64,000 nt of DNA from Eledone cirrhosa (taxonomy: Eukaryota), in the NCBI GenBank assembly GCA_964016885.1, contig OZ024740.1, positions 172,670,001-172,734,000 of the forward strand, written 5' to 3'. Of the stretch, positions 1 through 12,674 are shown piece by piece (within the stretch, counting starts at the first letter, position 1; each line of letters starts with the position of its first letter). The translations under genes and the position numbers were made by a program. A model generated the notes under the pieces. That model saw nothing but the letters and a program-made list of their open reading frames with translations, was not told where the DNA came from and searched no databases.

Positions 1-417
1 ACTTCCAATGTAAAACCATGATACCTAGAATTAAGTTTATTTTCCCTTATGAGTTGATGGTCAGTCGTACTGTCAACGCTTGGTGAGAGGTAGTATTATG
101 ACCTGTAAAAACTAACACTCTCCCATCCCCTCTGGCTTTCGGCTGACTGCCACAGTCGGGATGGGTAGCAGTAAACTACGGCACAGGCATAGGTGGGCCA
201 TTGTTTTGGCTGAGAGAGTGAACTGACTAAGCGAATTTCGTTGAAATCTGCGGTAGCTAATGGTCAACTTCCTTCGGACATGCGCCTGCGCAGGCCGGTG
301 GGGGGTGAATTGGTACTCACAGGGGAACGGATGAAAAACCCAAAAGCACGCACTTCATCCGTTCCCATGTCGATTCAATTTGGATTGCCTCGGAAACATA
401 ACCTTATTATGTAACAA

Positions 418-491
418 GCTGTCTGATGATGTCACGACACTCGCACACAGAACAGTGTGGCCAGTGTCGTCATTGAAATATATATCACAGC
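418..491 (+). ncRNA. Type I hammerhead ribozyme with extended stem II
   Basis: GCTGT-CTGATGA-[stem II incl. ACGACACT/AGTGTCGT and CACAC/GTGTG]-GAAA-T-ATAT-A-TC-ACAGC. Stem I GCTGT/ACAGC is perfect, loop III (ATAT) is palindromic, and the cleavage triplet is AUC. Confidence 0.85.
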
Positions 492-549
492 ATTATTATT
501 AAAGGACTTGAACATCTGAAACTACTTCGCTTTTCCTTATTCTATATAT

Positions 550-2650
550 ATAGTGAAAAATGGAACGGGAACAAGACAGAGAGGCAGTACGAACAAAGGT
601 TTATTAGTTTCAAGCTCTTGAGAGTGGGGGGTTGGACGATGTTTTGGGCATAAGCCCTTCTTCAGGCGAAAAGTGTGTGGGAAGAGAGTTCCAAGGGTGT
701 GTAGGGGAGTGGGGGAGAGACATTTAGAAAAAAGGGGGTGAGAGGAAACGGTGGAAGGGGTACAAATGAAAATAAATATGAAAAAATAATAATAAAAATA
801 AAGATAAACATGAAGATAAACAAGTGGTGGAAGGGTGTAGGGCGTGTAGCGGTGGTGGCGGGTGGAGTGGAGAGAGGGAGGCGGAGTGTCCGAGCGGGGA
901 GGGCTGAAGGTGGTGCGTGTGTGTGTGTGTGTATGTGAATGTGATAGTTGGGGGAAGAACAGGGTTCCATGTTCAAGAAAAGGTGTGTGGAGTGGGGTGT
1001 AGGTCGGTGTGTGTGTGCGTGTGTGGATGGGGAGGGGTCAGAGGGGTAGGGGGAGGGGTCAGAGGGGTAGGGGGAGGGGGGAGGGGAGGATTCCGGAGGC
1101 TGAGTGTGTAAATATGTGGGGGTACGCACGTGTGTGTGGTGTTTATACGTATTGTGGATGTAGGTGGCGTGTGGGAAAAAAATGTTTGTGAGTGTACGTC
1201 CGTGGGTAAGTTCCTAAGGTAGTTCCGTAGAGGGTATGGTGGGATGCCGGATATTTTCCTTGTGATGGAGTTGATTCGTGGGAGCGAGGTCCATGTGTGT
1301 AATCCGTGGTTGGGTTGGTCGGAAGAAGGGAGATGTGGGGTGCGCGCGCAACAGGAAGTGGTCAGAGGGTCAAGGCAGGAGGAGGGTTGTGTGTCTGTGT
1401 GTGCAGAGAGGTGGTCAGAGGGTCAGGGCATAGCAGCAGTAGGGGAGAATGGCAGGTGGAGAAAGTCGGTGTGTCAGTGTGTGCAGAGGTGCGGTAGACA
1501 GGGGAGAGGATGGGTAGGTGTGAAATGTGGAGTGGGGAGGGGGTCGTGTTGGGGGAGGGGTGTGTATTAGGGGTGTGTTAGTGGGATGTGTGTGTGTGAA
1601 GAGGTGTGGGTGAAGCGGGGAGAGGGAGAGAAAGGTGTGGGGGATGGTGGAGGCTGTGTGGTGTACTGGTGTGTGTGTACGTGTTTGGATGAGTGTGTGT
1701 GTGGTGAAGGGGGGTTTTAGTGGGTGTTAGTATACTGGTGGTGGGGAAAGGGTTGAATGCGGGTGTGTTAGTGGGGGTCAGTGGTGGTAGGATGTGTAGA
1801 GTGGGTGGTGTAAGAAGGTGTGGGTGGGTGTGTGTGTTTGTGTGAGTGGTATTAGTTGTGGGGTGGTGGGAGTGGATGTGTGGGTGAGGGTTAGTGGTGG
1901 TAGTAGGGTGTGTGGTTAGTGTGAGTGCGTGTATATATGTACCGGTGTGTGTGTGCGTGATAGGGGGAGGGGGGAAAGGGGGGAGGGATGTTAGTATTGT
2001 TAGTTGGGGTCGGGGGGGGGGGGGTAATATTGTTAGTTGTGGGGTGGGCGGTGAAAAGGAGGAGTGTGTTAGTGGTGTTAGTGGGGGATATGTGTGTGTG
2101 TAGGGTGAAGATGGTGCGTTGTTCGACCCTGAGGAGGGTGGCGGGTGTACCGTGGCATTGGAGTAGGCGACAGACTGTGAGGTGGTGCGCAGAATGCCAG
2201 GGGAGCCAAAGTGGCGGGCGATGGGGGAGCTACCGCCGAAACGAACATCCTGGAGGTGTTCGGTAAAACAGTCCGCCAGGCGACGTCCAGTCTGTCCGAC
2301 GTAGGTTGCGCTACACTCCGTACAGCGAAGTCCATAGACGAGGTTGGAGGAGGTGCAGCGGAAGGCGTGCCGGACAGAGAGAGTGTGGCCGTTGGGACCC
2401 TGGAAGTTGGTTGTGTTGGTGATGTGGGGGACAGGTGTTGCAACGAGGCCTGGAACAGGGACGGGAACCGGGGGGTGGGGTGGGGGGTAGGGAGCTGCTG
2501 ACAAGGAGGGTGCGGAGATTGCGTGCGCGTTTGAAGGAGGGGAGTGGTGGGGCTGGGAAGATGTGGGAGGTGGAGGCGTGGGAAGAGGCGGAGGATGGTG
2601 CGGTGGAGGGGTAGGTTGGAGGGGCGGTAGGTGATGGGGAAGGGGAGACA
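550..2650 (-). mobile_element. 5'-truncated Penelope-like element (Neptune-like): thumb/linker, GIY-YIG endonuclease, long low-complexity 3' region and terminal HHR relic
   Basis: Frameshifted minus-strand peptides PITYRPSN.., IFPAPPLPSFKRARNLRTLLVSS and FRCTSSNLVYGLRCTECSATYVGQTGRRLADCFTEHL (GIY-YIG). The 3' end has a degenerate HHR, AATAAA and a (TA)n flank. Confidence 0.85.
630..670 (-). ncRNA. Degenerate minimal PLE-type hammerhead (G12->A)
   Basis: Minus strand reads CTGAAGA-A-GGGC-TTAT-GCCC-AAAAC-ATC-GTC. GAAA is mutated to AAAA and stem I is poor. Confidence 0.6.
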
Positions 2651-2672
2651 CACACACATATATATATATATA

Positions 2673-2867
2673 TAGGTAAGTTATTCCGGGTTGAATCGGT
2701 GGTAACCACAGTAAGTAAGGTACTCAATACATAGCAGAGTATAAAAGTTTTAATATAGATGAGATTCTACAGGACGAGAACTTTTTCATTCTTTAGAAAT
2801 CATCAGGAATCCTGATGATTTCTAAAGAATGAAACAGTTCTAGTCCTGTAGAATCTCATCTATATTA
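2673..2867. mobile_element. Family A short non-coding element ending in a ~117-bp palindrome with an HHR on each strand
   Basis: 2751-2867 is a near-perfect palindrome centred on GGAATCC. Plus HHR 2807-2855: GAATC-CTGATGA-T-TTC-TAAA-GAA-T-GAAA-CAG-TTCTAGTC-CTG-TA-GAATC. The minus HHR is at 2763-2811. Both flanks are (TA)n. Confidence 0.8.
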
Positions 2868-2869
2868 TA

Positions 2870-2938
<69 letters not shown>

Positions 2939-3115
2939 TCATTAGTTAAGCAAAACAAGACCACAAATTTCACAAGGAAGACATTATGAAAAGATTGTCA
3001 ACATATTTTAGCACATGCCTTTACGCTTTGGCTTCTAACTAATTCACCAATCTCTCCTCTCATATCTCCTCTCCTATCTCCATCTCTCTCTTTGAGTTTG
3101 GTTACTCTTGAACTG

Positions 3116-3197
<82 letters not shown>

Positions 3198-3199
<2 letters not shown>

Positions 3200-3433
3200 G
3201 TATAGAAATGGCTTCTACAGGACTAGAACTGTTTTATTCGAAGGAAATCATCAGAAAAGCCCTGATGATTTCCTTCGAATGAAACAGTTCTAGGCCATGT
3301 CTATATTAAATATTTATACTCTGCTATGTATTGAGTACCTTACTTATTGTGGTTACCCCTGATTGAACCCGGGATATATAGATAAATATATATATAAACC
3401 TAACCCTAACCCTTACCACCGATTGAACCCGGG

Positions 3434-3437
<4 letters not shown>
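3198..3437. mobile_element. Family A copy with inverted HHR pair
   Basis: ...aaatcatcag aaaagcc ctgatgatttccttcgaatgaaacagttctag, followed by the shared tail ctctgctatgtattgagtaccttactta; (TA)n flanks. Confidence 0.75.
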
Positions 3438-3526
<89 letters not shown>

Positions 3527-6439
3527 GATGGGGAAGGGTGATGAGAAATAGATACGGAGGAAGAATCAACACCAGTACTTAACAGGTATTTTTTACTTTT
3601 TTATTGACCTTAAAATGTTGAAAAGCAAAGTTTATCTCGGTGACTTTTACCATCAGAGTGCAAAGAGCCGAAATTAATATCAGAAAGAATTTTATCCAAC
3701 GTTCTAACGTCGCCGAAATTATAATAATATAGTTGTTTTTCTATAAACAGGATTTTGACTTAATATTTATTTCCAGGGAGATAATCTACAAAATCTAGAG
3801 TTGTGTCCCTTGAATCATGACCGTTTAAAAAAGTTAAAAGTGTATAATTTCTAGAGCTGTTTTGTATAATCTTACAATTCTTGGTTCAAGTTGTTTGCAG
3901 CAAACACTAAGGTACTTATTTCTATTGTTATTGTTATTGCGGATGTTGATAGGCTGAGGTGAATAACAGTAAATTAAATGCTTAACATGATTCAATTTCG
4001 AGTTCAAATCCTGACTGTATTTTCTTTTCATCATGAATCTAAAATGAGAAATGAGTTTGTAAATGATAATTCTCAATCAGTTTCGAGGATAATTATTCAA
4101 TTATGAGAATACTCTTTATGGCTGGCTTCCGTTTAATTTCTGTCTACCCCGTATCATTGACAGACCCTGGACCACTTGGTCATGCTGCTCCCATTTACAG
4201 AATTGTACAAATATTAGAGTTTGTCGTATGACAAACTAAATGGATAATAAGATTAAAATAGCAGATATCTATATATATAAGTACCTAAGATGTATATGTG
4301 TCCGTGAAACATATAGATAGATATACACCAGGTGCGAATCTGTTTATAAAATTCTTTTTATTTATATTATCATTCTTAACATTATATAATATATTATTTA
4401 CATTCATTTTGTATCTCTAAGTCCTGTACTCTTGAACTAACCATAGAAAATATTCATACATACATACATACATACATACATACATACATACATACATACA
4501 TACATACATACATACATACATACATACATACATACATACACAAACAAGTAGGGGGACAATCGTCGATGCATTTCGAACTGGACTCGTTGTCATATATATA
4601 TGTGTATATATATATATATATATTTATATATATTCAGGTTTGAGGTTCACCACTGTATAGAGCTGGTCTATTCCGTATGGTCAATCGTAATGCAATAATA
4701 TAGAGAGTACTCAACGTAAAGCAGTTCAACCGTCTTTGTTTTTGTAGTTGGTGGTGCTATTACGGAGTTAAATATTATAATGAAATGACAGGAGGCTGGA
4801 TTTGTGTAAATCCTTGAAAGGTTTATTATACTATGATCATTTCAATGACCGGGTTCCGTATGAATCCGGTGATATCATCAGGTATTCGAAATATAATACG
4901 TGAATGTAATAGGTAAAATCCATGGGGCTGAAAATCGAGACCCGAGGGCGACCGCTATTCTGTTCCTTCAACCTCAGCCGGTCGCCCTGATGATATCACC
5001 GGATTCATACGGAACCCGGTCATTGAAATGATCATAGTATAATAAACCTTTCAAGGATTTACACAAATCCAGCCTCCTGTCATTTCATTATAATATTTAA
5101 CTCCGTAATAGCACCACCAACTACAAAAACAAAGACGGTTGAACTGCTTTACGTTGAGTACTCTCTATATTATTGCATTACGATTGACCATACGGAATAG
5201 ACCAGCTCTATACAGTGGTGAACCTCAAACCTGAATAAATAACGCTCCTGAAATGTTGAGCACTTCAAAATGTAATAATCAACAGCGGCATGGGACTGAA
5301 TATATCTAACCACAGTTCGAACTTTGGCTACCCGGTGCTTTCGCCTGGCCCTTTGCTACTCCCCTCACAGAATATCCGAACTTCGACGAAACTCCACGGA
5401 CTGGACCATAACATGTATTGTACTGCACTGAATTAACTAAATGGCTACCCTATACTTCTGGGCATGTATAACTCACACTGAACTCCCAGACTCGAACACG
5501 CACTGTTTCCACATCTATATGCATTATCTGACTGCAACTTGAACTATATTGTATTTCTCCTGTGTCTTGAACTCTCCATTTAATAGACAACGACTCTTGT
5601 TTGTTTATTTATATCTTTACATCTCTATTTGCTGTATTAATGCTCCTCCACGTATTCTACCTCTATACATCCATGTACTTTCTACTTCCCTTATTCGGAC
5701 TTTTACTCGCGTGTACCCTCAGCACACGTCACTGGAATATTTCCCCCTGGGAACATAAATACCGCAACCCGAACTATATTGTATTTCTCCTGTCTCTTGA
5801 ACTCTATATTTACTAGACAACGACTATTGTTTGTTTATCTATATCTTCACATCTTTGTTTGCTGTATTAATGTCCTGATTTCTCCATCTTACTCCAACAC
5901 CACTCTTGTTGGTTTATTTACATGTTTATACCTATATATTGATATGTTTATATATTTATACCTCTGCTGTACCAATGTGCTCTTCCACGTATTCCACTTC
6001 TATGTATCCATGTATTTCTACCCCTCACATTGGGACCTGTACCCATTAGCTCTTCCACGTATTCCACTTCTATGTATCCATGTATTTCTACTCCTCACAT
6101 TGGGACCTGTACCCATTAGCACACGACACTAGAATGTCTCCTCCTGAGAACAAAAATTAAACATTACACGACTATATCCCGTACTCTACATCCCACTAGG
6201 ATAAATTACAGATCTACATAATACAATTAACGTTTCTTCATAAAAGACTATTTAATTAAACCCCGCAACCCAAAACCTCATAGAAGTTATTTGAATGTCT
6301 AATCTTCAATTTTCTGTTTGTTCAATTCTCAATCCTCTTACTCCTTAGTTTCATAATGTTATTCTGAATGTTATTCTGAATGTTATTCTGAATGTTATTC
6401 TGAATTCTTTCAACTTCATCCGATAGAGTTAAGCAAAAT

Positions 6440-7450
6440 TCTAAAGTTCCAACTTTCTGTCGGACCGTTGGGTGGGTTTTAGCGGCGGCGCGACCAGCTC
6501 CCTGGCGAACGGGCTCACCTGGAGTGCTTGGAAAAATAAATTCCCCTTCTTTCAGTAAATGAAAATACTCGGCGTGGCTTAATTAGCCATGGGGCCTGGG
6601 GCGCGGCCGGTGTTTTAACCGCCAAATAGTACCTTTAAATTACAGAACAAATCGGAGCTATTATATATATCAACCTGAAACTGTTGAGCTTTAAGTTTTC
6701 TAACCTCTTTAATATGGAATATTGATTATTAATTTATTAATCTTTTAACTTCATCCTATAAGTCTAAACATTGTAACACACTGACCCCCATTATATTCAC
6801 CTCTGCTAAGATGCGAGTCCCTGTGAAAATTTTGTCGCGTCACTCCTGGCCCGACTGTGGTGTGACATTAATATCGACCTTCCTTCCTCTCTCTTTCTAT
6901 CTTCCTTCTTGTAGCTATCAACCATTACTCTTTTACTTCTCTAAGCTAAATTTTAAAGTTCCAACTTTCTGTCGGACTGTTGGGTGGGTTTTAATGGCGG
7001 CGCGACCAGCTCCGTGGCGAACGAGCTCACCTAGAGTGCTTGGAAAAATAAATTTCCCCTTCTTTTAGTAAATGAAAATACTCGGCGTGGCTTAATTCGC
7101 CATGGGGCCCGGGGCGCGGCCGTTGTTTTAACCGCCAAATAGTACCTTTAAATTACAGAACAAATCGGAACTATTATATAATTAATTGTTAAACTGTTGA
7201 ACTTTAAATTTTCTAACCTCTTTAATATTGAATATTGATTATTAAATTTTTTTAACTTCATCCTAGAAGTCTAAACACTGTAAAACACTGACTCCCAATA
7301 TATCCATCTCCGCTAAGATGCGGGTCCCTGTGAAAATGTTCTCGCGTCACTCCTGGCTTGACTGTGGTCTGACATTAATATCGACCTTTCTTCCTCTTCC
7401 TTTCTATCTTCCTTCTTGTAGCCATCAACCCTTACTTTTCTACTTCTCTC
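6440..7450 (+). repeat. Diverged tandem duplication, ~510-bp unit x2, inside the non-coding element
   Basis: aaagttccaactttctgtcggac..ggcggcgcgaccagctcc occurs at ~6443 and ~6955, with collinear sequence after each. Confidence 0.9.
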
Positions 7451-7822
7451 TTCCCTTCCTTCTCTCCTCTCCTCCTCCCTGCAGACTTATATTCCTTCCC
7501 CCTCTTGCTTGCCTATATCTGACCAGTAGTAGTTACCTTCCTCTTTTAGCTGACATTAACCCTGACTTCTCTTCTTCTTTCTTCCCCCTTCTTCTCCTTC
7601 CTTTCTTTCTTTCTTTTACCTTGTGTCATGGGATCGACGTTAACCTATGCTCCCATCTCTTTCTGTTTTCGTTCATCTGACCGGTAGTAGCATACTATAA
7701 AATTTAGCCACGTCACTCCAGGGCGACCGGCTGAGGTTGAAGGAACAGAATAGCGGTCGCCCTCGGGTCTCGATTTTCAGCCCCATGGATTTTACCTATT
7801 ACATTCACGTATTATATTTCGA

Positions 7823-7880
7823 ATACCTGATGATATCACCGGATTCATACGGAACCCGGTCATTGAAATGATCATAGTAT
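7823..7880 (+). ncRNA. Type I hammerhead ribozyme (identical minus-strand copy at ~4829-4886; stem-I-truncated plus copy at 4987-5040)
   Basis: ATAC-CTGATGA-TATC-ACCGG..CCGGT-CATT-GAAA-T-GATC-A-TA-GTAT. Stem I ATAC/GTAT, palindromic loop III (GATC), AUA cleavage triplet. Confidence 0.85.
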
Positions 7881-7926
7881 AATAAACCTTTCAAGGATTT
7901 ACACAAATCCAGCCTCCTGTCATTTC

Positions 7927-7996
<70 letters not shown>

Positions 7997-8027
7997 TCAA
8001 AATGGCGAGCTGTGTTGTTGCATCTAA

Positions 8028-8205
8028 GTATAATGAAAAATAAAAAATTAGAAGTTAGGATTATCCATCATCAGTTGTCTACTAGGTGTCATAGGCATTT
8101 CTTCGCATTAAAGACAAGATACCTCGCCCTAACCCGAAGAAATGCTTATGACGCCTAGTAGACAACTGATGATGGATAATTCTAACTTATAATTTCTTAT
8201 TTTTC

Positions 8206-8212
<7 letters not shown>
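8028..8212. repeat. Imperfect inverted repeat (~78-bp arms, ~30-bp spacer) abutting (TA)n
   Basis: tataatgaaaaata..atccatcatcagttgtctactagg..atttcttcg / cgaagaaat..cctagtagacaactgatgatggat..tatttttcattata. Confidence 0.8.
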
Positions 8213-8286
<74 letters not shown>

Positions 8287-8427
8287 GAAAGGGTAGTATG
8301 CTGCACTACCCGATTACCAGTAAGAGAAATAGCTCAATGTAAATTATAAGATGTAATACAGAGTAGTAGAGATACAAAATATAAAACAATCAACTTTTTG
8401 CTTAATACATTTATTTTGTATTTTGTG

Positions 8428-8469
<42 letters not shown>

Positions 8470-8472
<3 letters not shown>

Positions 8473-8574
8473 TAGGGTGTGGTAAAATACCAGGTGGACC
8501 ATAATCTCCACCAGAGTACTCGGATCTAGCTGTCGAAATGGCCAGAACTCAGCCGTCGGGATCGTGATTCTTTT

Positions 8575-8578
<4 letters not shown>
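8470..8578. mobile_element. Family B (Naiad-associated pseudo-LTR) short fragment
   Basis: accaggtggaccataa..gagtactc followed by an inverted piece gtcgaaatggccagaactcagccgtcggg; similar to 17470, 18457, 21196 and 26825. Confidence 0.65.
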
Positions 8579-8649
<71 letters not shown>

Positions 8650-8651
<2 letters not shown>

Positions 8652-9784
8652 AATTATTGTGTAAAGTGCTCAGGTGCACTACAACTCGTCAAAGGTGTAT
8701 GTATAGTACATAGAATAGTACACAAATGTCAGGGAAGTGAATAGTGTATGAGTCATGATATACATGTGTGTATGTGTATGGAGGGGAACATTAGGTGTAG
8801 TGTTGGCGAATCTCGGGAAGCATGGAGGCCTTAAAGGATGCATTGTCTCGACAGCTAACAACTGATGCAGGTAGTTTGTTCCATGCTTCAGCAACTCTGA
8901 GCGTGAAAAAGTGTTTCCCAAAGTCATGGGAACTGTGGTGTTTTCTGATTTTGTGGGCATGCCCACGTGTGTTAAACCCATGGAAATCAAAAAGGTACTC
9001 AGGGTTGTTGTTGGCAAGATAGTTAACAATTTTGTGGGTGTTTACCAAGTCAGTTGCCAGGCGTCGGAGCTTCAATGTATCCATGCCCAGGGAAGCAAGG
9101 CGCTCAGAGTATGGTAGATGCCTGATGGAGGGTATTCGCTTGGTTGCACGTCTCTGAACAGTTTCCAGGCGGTCACTGTTCTGAGCAAGATAGGGGTTCC
9201 AGACTGGTGATGCAAATTCTAAGTGTGGCCGCACCATAGCCATGTACAGCCTTAAATAGATATCTGGAGAGCGGCTGACAAAGGTCTTGCTGAGTGATGC
9301 TAAGACACCCTCGCCCTCTTGACAATTTTAGAGACGTGCTTCGTCCAACGCAAATCGCTGCTAACCGTAATGCCCAGGTCACGTTCACAAGAAGACTTCT
9401 TGATATTAGTGCTGTGGAGGGAGTATGTGGACGCTGGGTTTTTACTCCCAAAATGCCAGCTAGCTTGAGTTGCCAGTCTGAGATCCATTGTTGCATTGTG
9501 TCCAGGTCAGACTACAAGAAAGTGTTCAGGATCTGTCCTTTTTATCTAAAGGTACAGCTTGATGTCATCTGCGTACTTTAGTACTGTGGCATTCTTTAAG
9601 TTGGCATCTATGTCATTAATATATGCCACAAACAAAAGGGGGCCAAGAACAGATCCCTGTGGTACACCAGATGACATCTCATATGGTGAGGAATGCTGTC
9701 CCAGAACCGTGACTACCTCTCTTCGACTGAGAATGAAGGACTTCAACCAGTTAAAAAGATCATCCTTCACACCCATTGCAGAGA

Positions 9785-9785
<1 letters not shown>
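8650..9785 (-). mobile_element. CR1-clade LINE, 3' fragment of ORF2 (RT), frameshifted
   Basis: GVPQGSVLGPLLF..YIND, YADDIKLY, VRPHLEFASPVWNPY, LETVQRRATK, TRGH, FFTLRVAEAWNKLP. Confidence 0.92.
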
Positions 9786-9848
<63 letters not shown>

Positions 9849-9853
<5 letters not shown>

Positions 9854-10430
9854 GCAGGATTCTCCAACTTCAATGCACTTGTTGTAGCGACCCAGCCACT
9901 TGTAGAAAGCCCCCTTGTAGTCCTCTAAAGTGAAGATGTGCAGGGCACTTCTTACAGCCTCCTTCATATCCTTCACATCTTCAAAGCAGATACCCCGGAC
10001 CATCTCCCTCAGCATCGGGAATATCCACAAGTCACATGGGTCTAAGCCTGGACTGTAGGGAGCATGAGGGGCAGCCTTAATACCCATATCGGCCAAGTAG
10101 TTGGTCACCAGAATGGATTTGTGACAGGGGAAATTGACCTGGTGCAGCTGCCACTGACCAGTCTTGAAGAATTCTGGTCTCTTGCGACGATATCTCTTTC
10201 TGATTCTTAACTACACAAAAACCTCTACATAGTACGCTTTGTTGACTATTTGGCCGTGGGGGACCCAGTGGATGTAGATTAAGCACTTGTTGTCGAAGAA
10301 TGAGATCATCATGAGATACTCAGTGGATCTGTTTACCTGACATTCTTTGTGTTCGGGAGTCAGAATGTTTCGACAGGACACTCTGTCTCTTGGACTCTGA
10401 ATCGTAAATGTAGTTCATTGGTATATGGAT
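9849..10430 (-). mobile_element. Tc1/mariner transposase relic (catalytic domain)
   Basis: PHAPYSPGLDPCDLWIFPML corresponds to the mariner YSPDLAPxD motif; the C-terminus W..RY.KCIEVGESCF is also mariner-like. Confidence 0.85.
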
Positions 10431-10442
10431 CGTTCGAATCCA

Positions 10443-10506
<64 letters not shown>

Positions 10507-10554
10507 CGTATACATACTTACACACATACACACACACATATATATGTATGTATG

Positions 10555-10657
<103 letters not shown>

Positions 10658-10686
10658 ATGTGTGTGTGTGCGTGTATCTATGTATG

Positions 10687-10750
<64 letters not shown>

Positions 10751-10797
10751 CACACACACACATATGTACGTATATTATTATTAATGTTCGATATAAT

Positions 10798-10990
10798 GGC
10801 GGTGGATTGGCAGTATTGGTAGAGGGGCGGACGCCATGCTTTCGACCATAGTTACGTCCCTTTACGGTCTGAGTTCAAATCCCGCCGAGGTTAACTTTGC
10901 CTTTCATCCTTACGGGGTCGACAAAATAAAGTACCAGTAATACACTGGAATAATTGCTGGCCTTGTGCCAAATGTAGAAACAATTATTAA
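10798..10990 (+). mobile_element. tRNA-derived SINE with Meta-like core domain
   Basis: A-box-like tggcagtattgg, B-box gagttcaaatcc, core gcctttcatccttacggggtcga..aaataaagtacc and an (ATT) tail; many copies in the window. Confidence 0.85.
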
Positions 10991-11034
10991 TGTTCGATAT
11001 AAACCATACGTACATATGTATATGCATATGTGTG

Positions 11035-11066
<32 letters not shown>

Positions 11067-11122
11067 CACGTATGCATACTTACATTTATGTATCAGCTGT
11101 GCTAGAGCGAGAAATAACATTC

Positions 11123-11165
<43 letters not shown>

Positions 11166-12211
11166 GCAAGTCTGAAGAACTATTAGATAAAATATATACA
11201 GTATTTCCACTCCTAGTTCGTATAAATCAACACATAAAAAAATCATTTAAACGAGGCTATAAGTTTAAAATGTAATTATGAAGAAATAATAGACATATGA
11301 TACAGATTATCTTCCGCGATGTACAGTCATATGACATTTATCTAATTATTTGTTTTAGCCTGTAGAAATTGACTAGACAAATAATTAACTACACGGAGTT
11401 AGATACAAAATAGAAGTTTAAAGAAATATATATATATATATTTGAACGATCCATATACTATTGAACTGCATTTTGTAAAACTATCCGACCTTAGGCTAGG
11501 AAAAAAAAAAAAATCTGGTTAATGGTGTCCATTTGTTAACGCCTTTCGAATTAATTCCTTGTACCTCCACGTACTATGTTAGACAACCCTTCAACTGTTC
11601 GAAGCAAGACAAAAATGCTTCTTTCGAAATGGTTCTCAGCTTCGCAATCACATTCCAAATGATGTTTTCTCACCTCTCAAAACATCGTCCATACTTCCAA
11701 TCCCTCCACGATCTGTTCTTCCCAGTCACTTGTTTCGGTAGCTCCGGAAAAAGACTCGTGGACATTTAATTTCTCCTGACAACCCATAAACCCTTGTTAG
11801 GGACGTTGGGTAAACAGAAACTATGTAGAAGCCCGGATAGATTGTATGCATAATTAAAAGAACCAGTCTAGCCAGACATTGTGTCATGGTTATTTAACTT
11901 TGTTACAGGAGTAATTCGAATCCTAGGCCATTTTTATGTGCTGTTTTAGCATGAGAGGCCATTAAATATTGCATAGTCTTAATATTTAAAATTACGGAAG
12001 ATAGATAATCTCTATACAAGAACGATGAGGAATGAACGGAAAAAAAGAAGAAAGAATCTGATTCAGAGTCCCTGGAGATATTTTTTGCAAATATTCATGT
12101 TAAAATGATAAATGATGAAGGGAGCAAACCGTGTTTTCCAGTGAAACTGGACACCAAAATCGATTATGATGCATAAACTTTAACGCATACATACATACAT
12201 ACATACATACA

Positions 12212-12610
12212 TGGTGGCTGCCAACTCGTTTTCGAGTACGGCCACTACTTTATATCCATGTAGAAGAACTCATACCGATGCGCTGAACAAATGTGACTTT
12301 AGTCTAGCCAGCGACTTGAAAACTCCTGTACAAACACTACACCTGTGACAATTATTGACACATAGTGCTAGGCCCATGGTACCATGTGACGACAAGTGCA
12401 GAGAGATCTCCAGATATAAAGCAATGCCTGTGCCGTGAAGCTTTTATAGTGAGCAAAGGCACTGCACAAAGCCAGTCCCACTCTCTTAACCAAGATGATA
12501 TTTACCAAAAAGAAGAACAAGTCAACATCATTGGATACCATCAGGGTTGCAGGTGTTATATCAGAGTTTTCCTTCTCCTAGAATTCTGCCCTGACAAAGG
12601 CTAAGGGGTC
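12212..12610 (-). mobile_element. RTE-associated non-autonomous element with (CATA)n tail
   Basis: Reverse complement of 29370-29770. Its 3' end ggccgtactcgaaaacgagttggc.gccacc+(TATG)n resembles the RTE-type 3' end at 30860-30900. Confidence 0.75.
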
Positions 12611-12674
12611 ACATACATACATACATACATACATACATACATACATACATACATACATACATACATACATACAT

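Larger units (their letters stand above)
4631..7933 (+). mobile_element. Non-coding PLE-like/retrozyme-like element with inverted 5' pseudo-LTR and direct terminal repeats, carrying three HHR copies
   Basis: 4631-4882 and 4986-5237 are ~252-bp perfect inverted arms. 7719-7933 is the reverse complement of ~4776-4989. 4986-5093 is repeated directly at 7826-7933. There is no credible ORF, and both ends abut (TA)n. Confidence 0.8.

Noticed and set aside
3397-3415. Telomere-like CCCTAA repeats
   Set aside because: Only about two to three imperfect units inside a family A duplication; too short to interpret.
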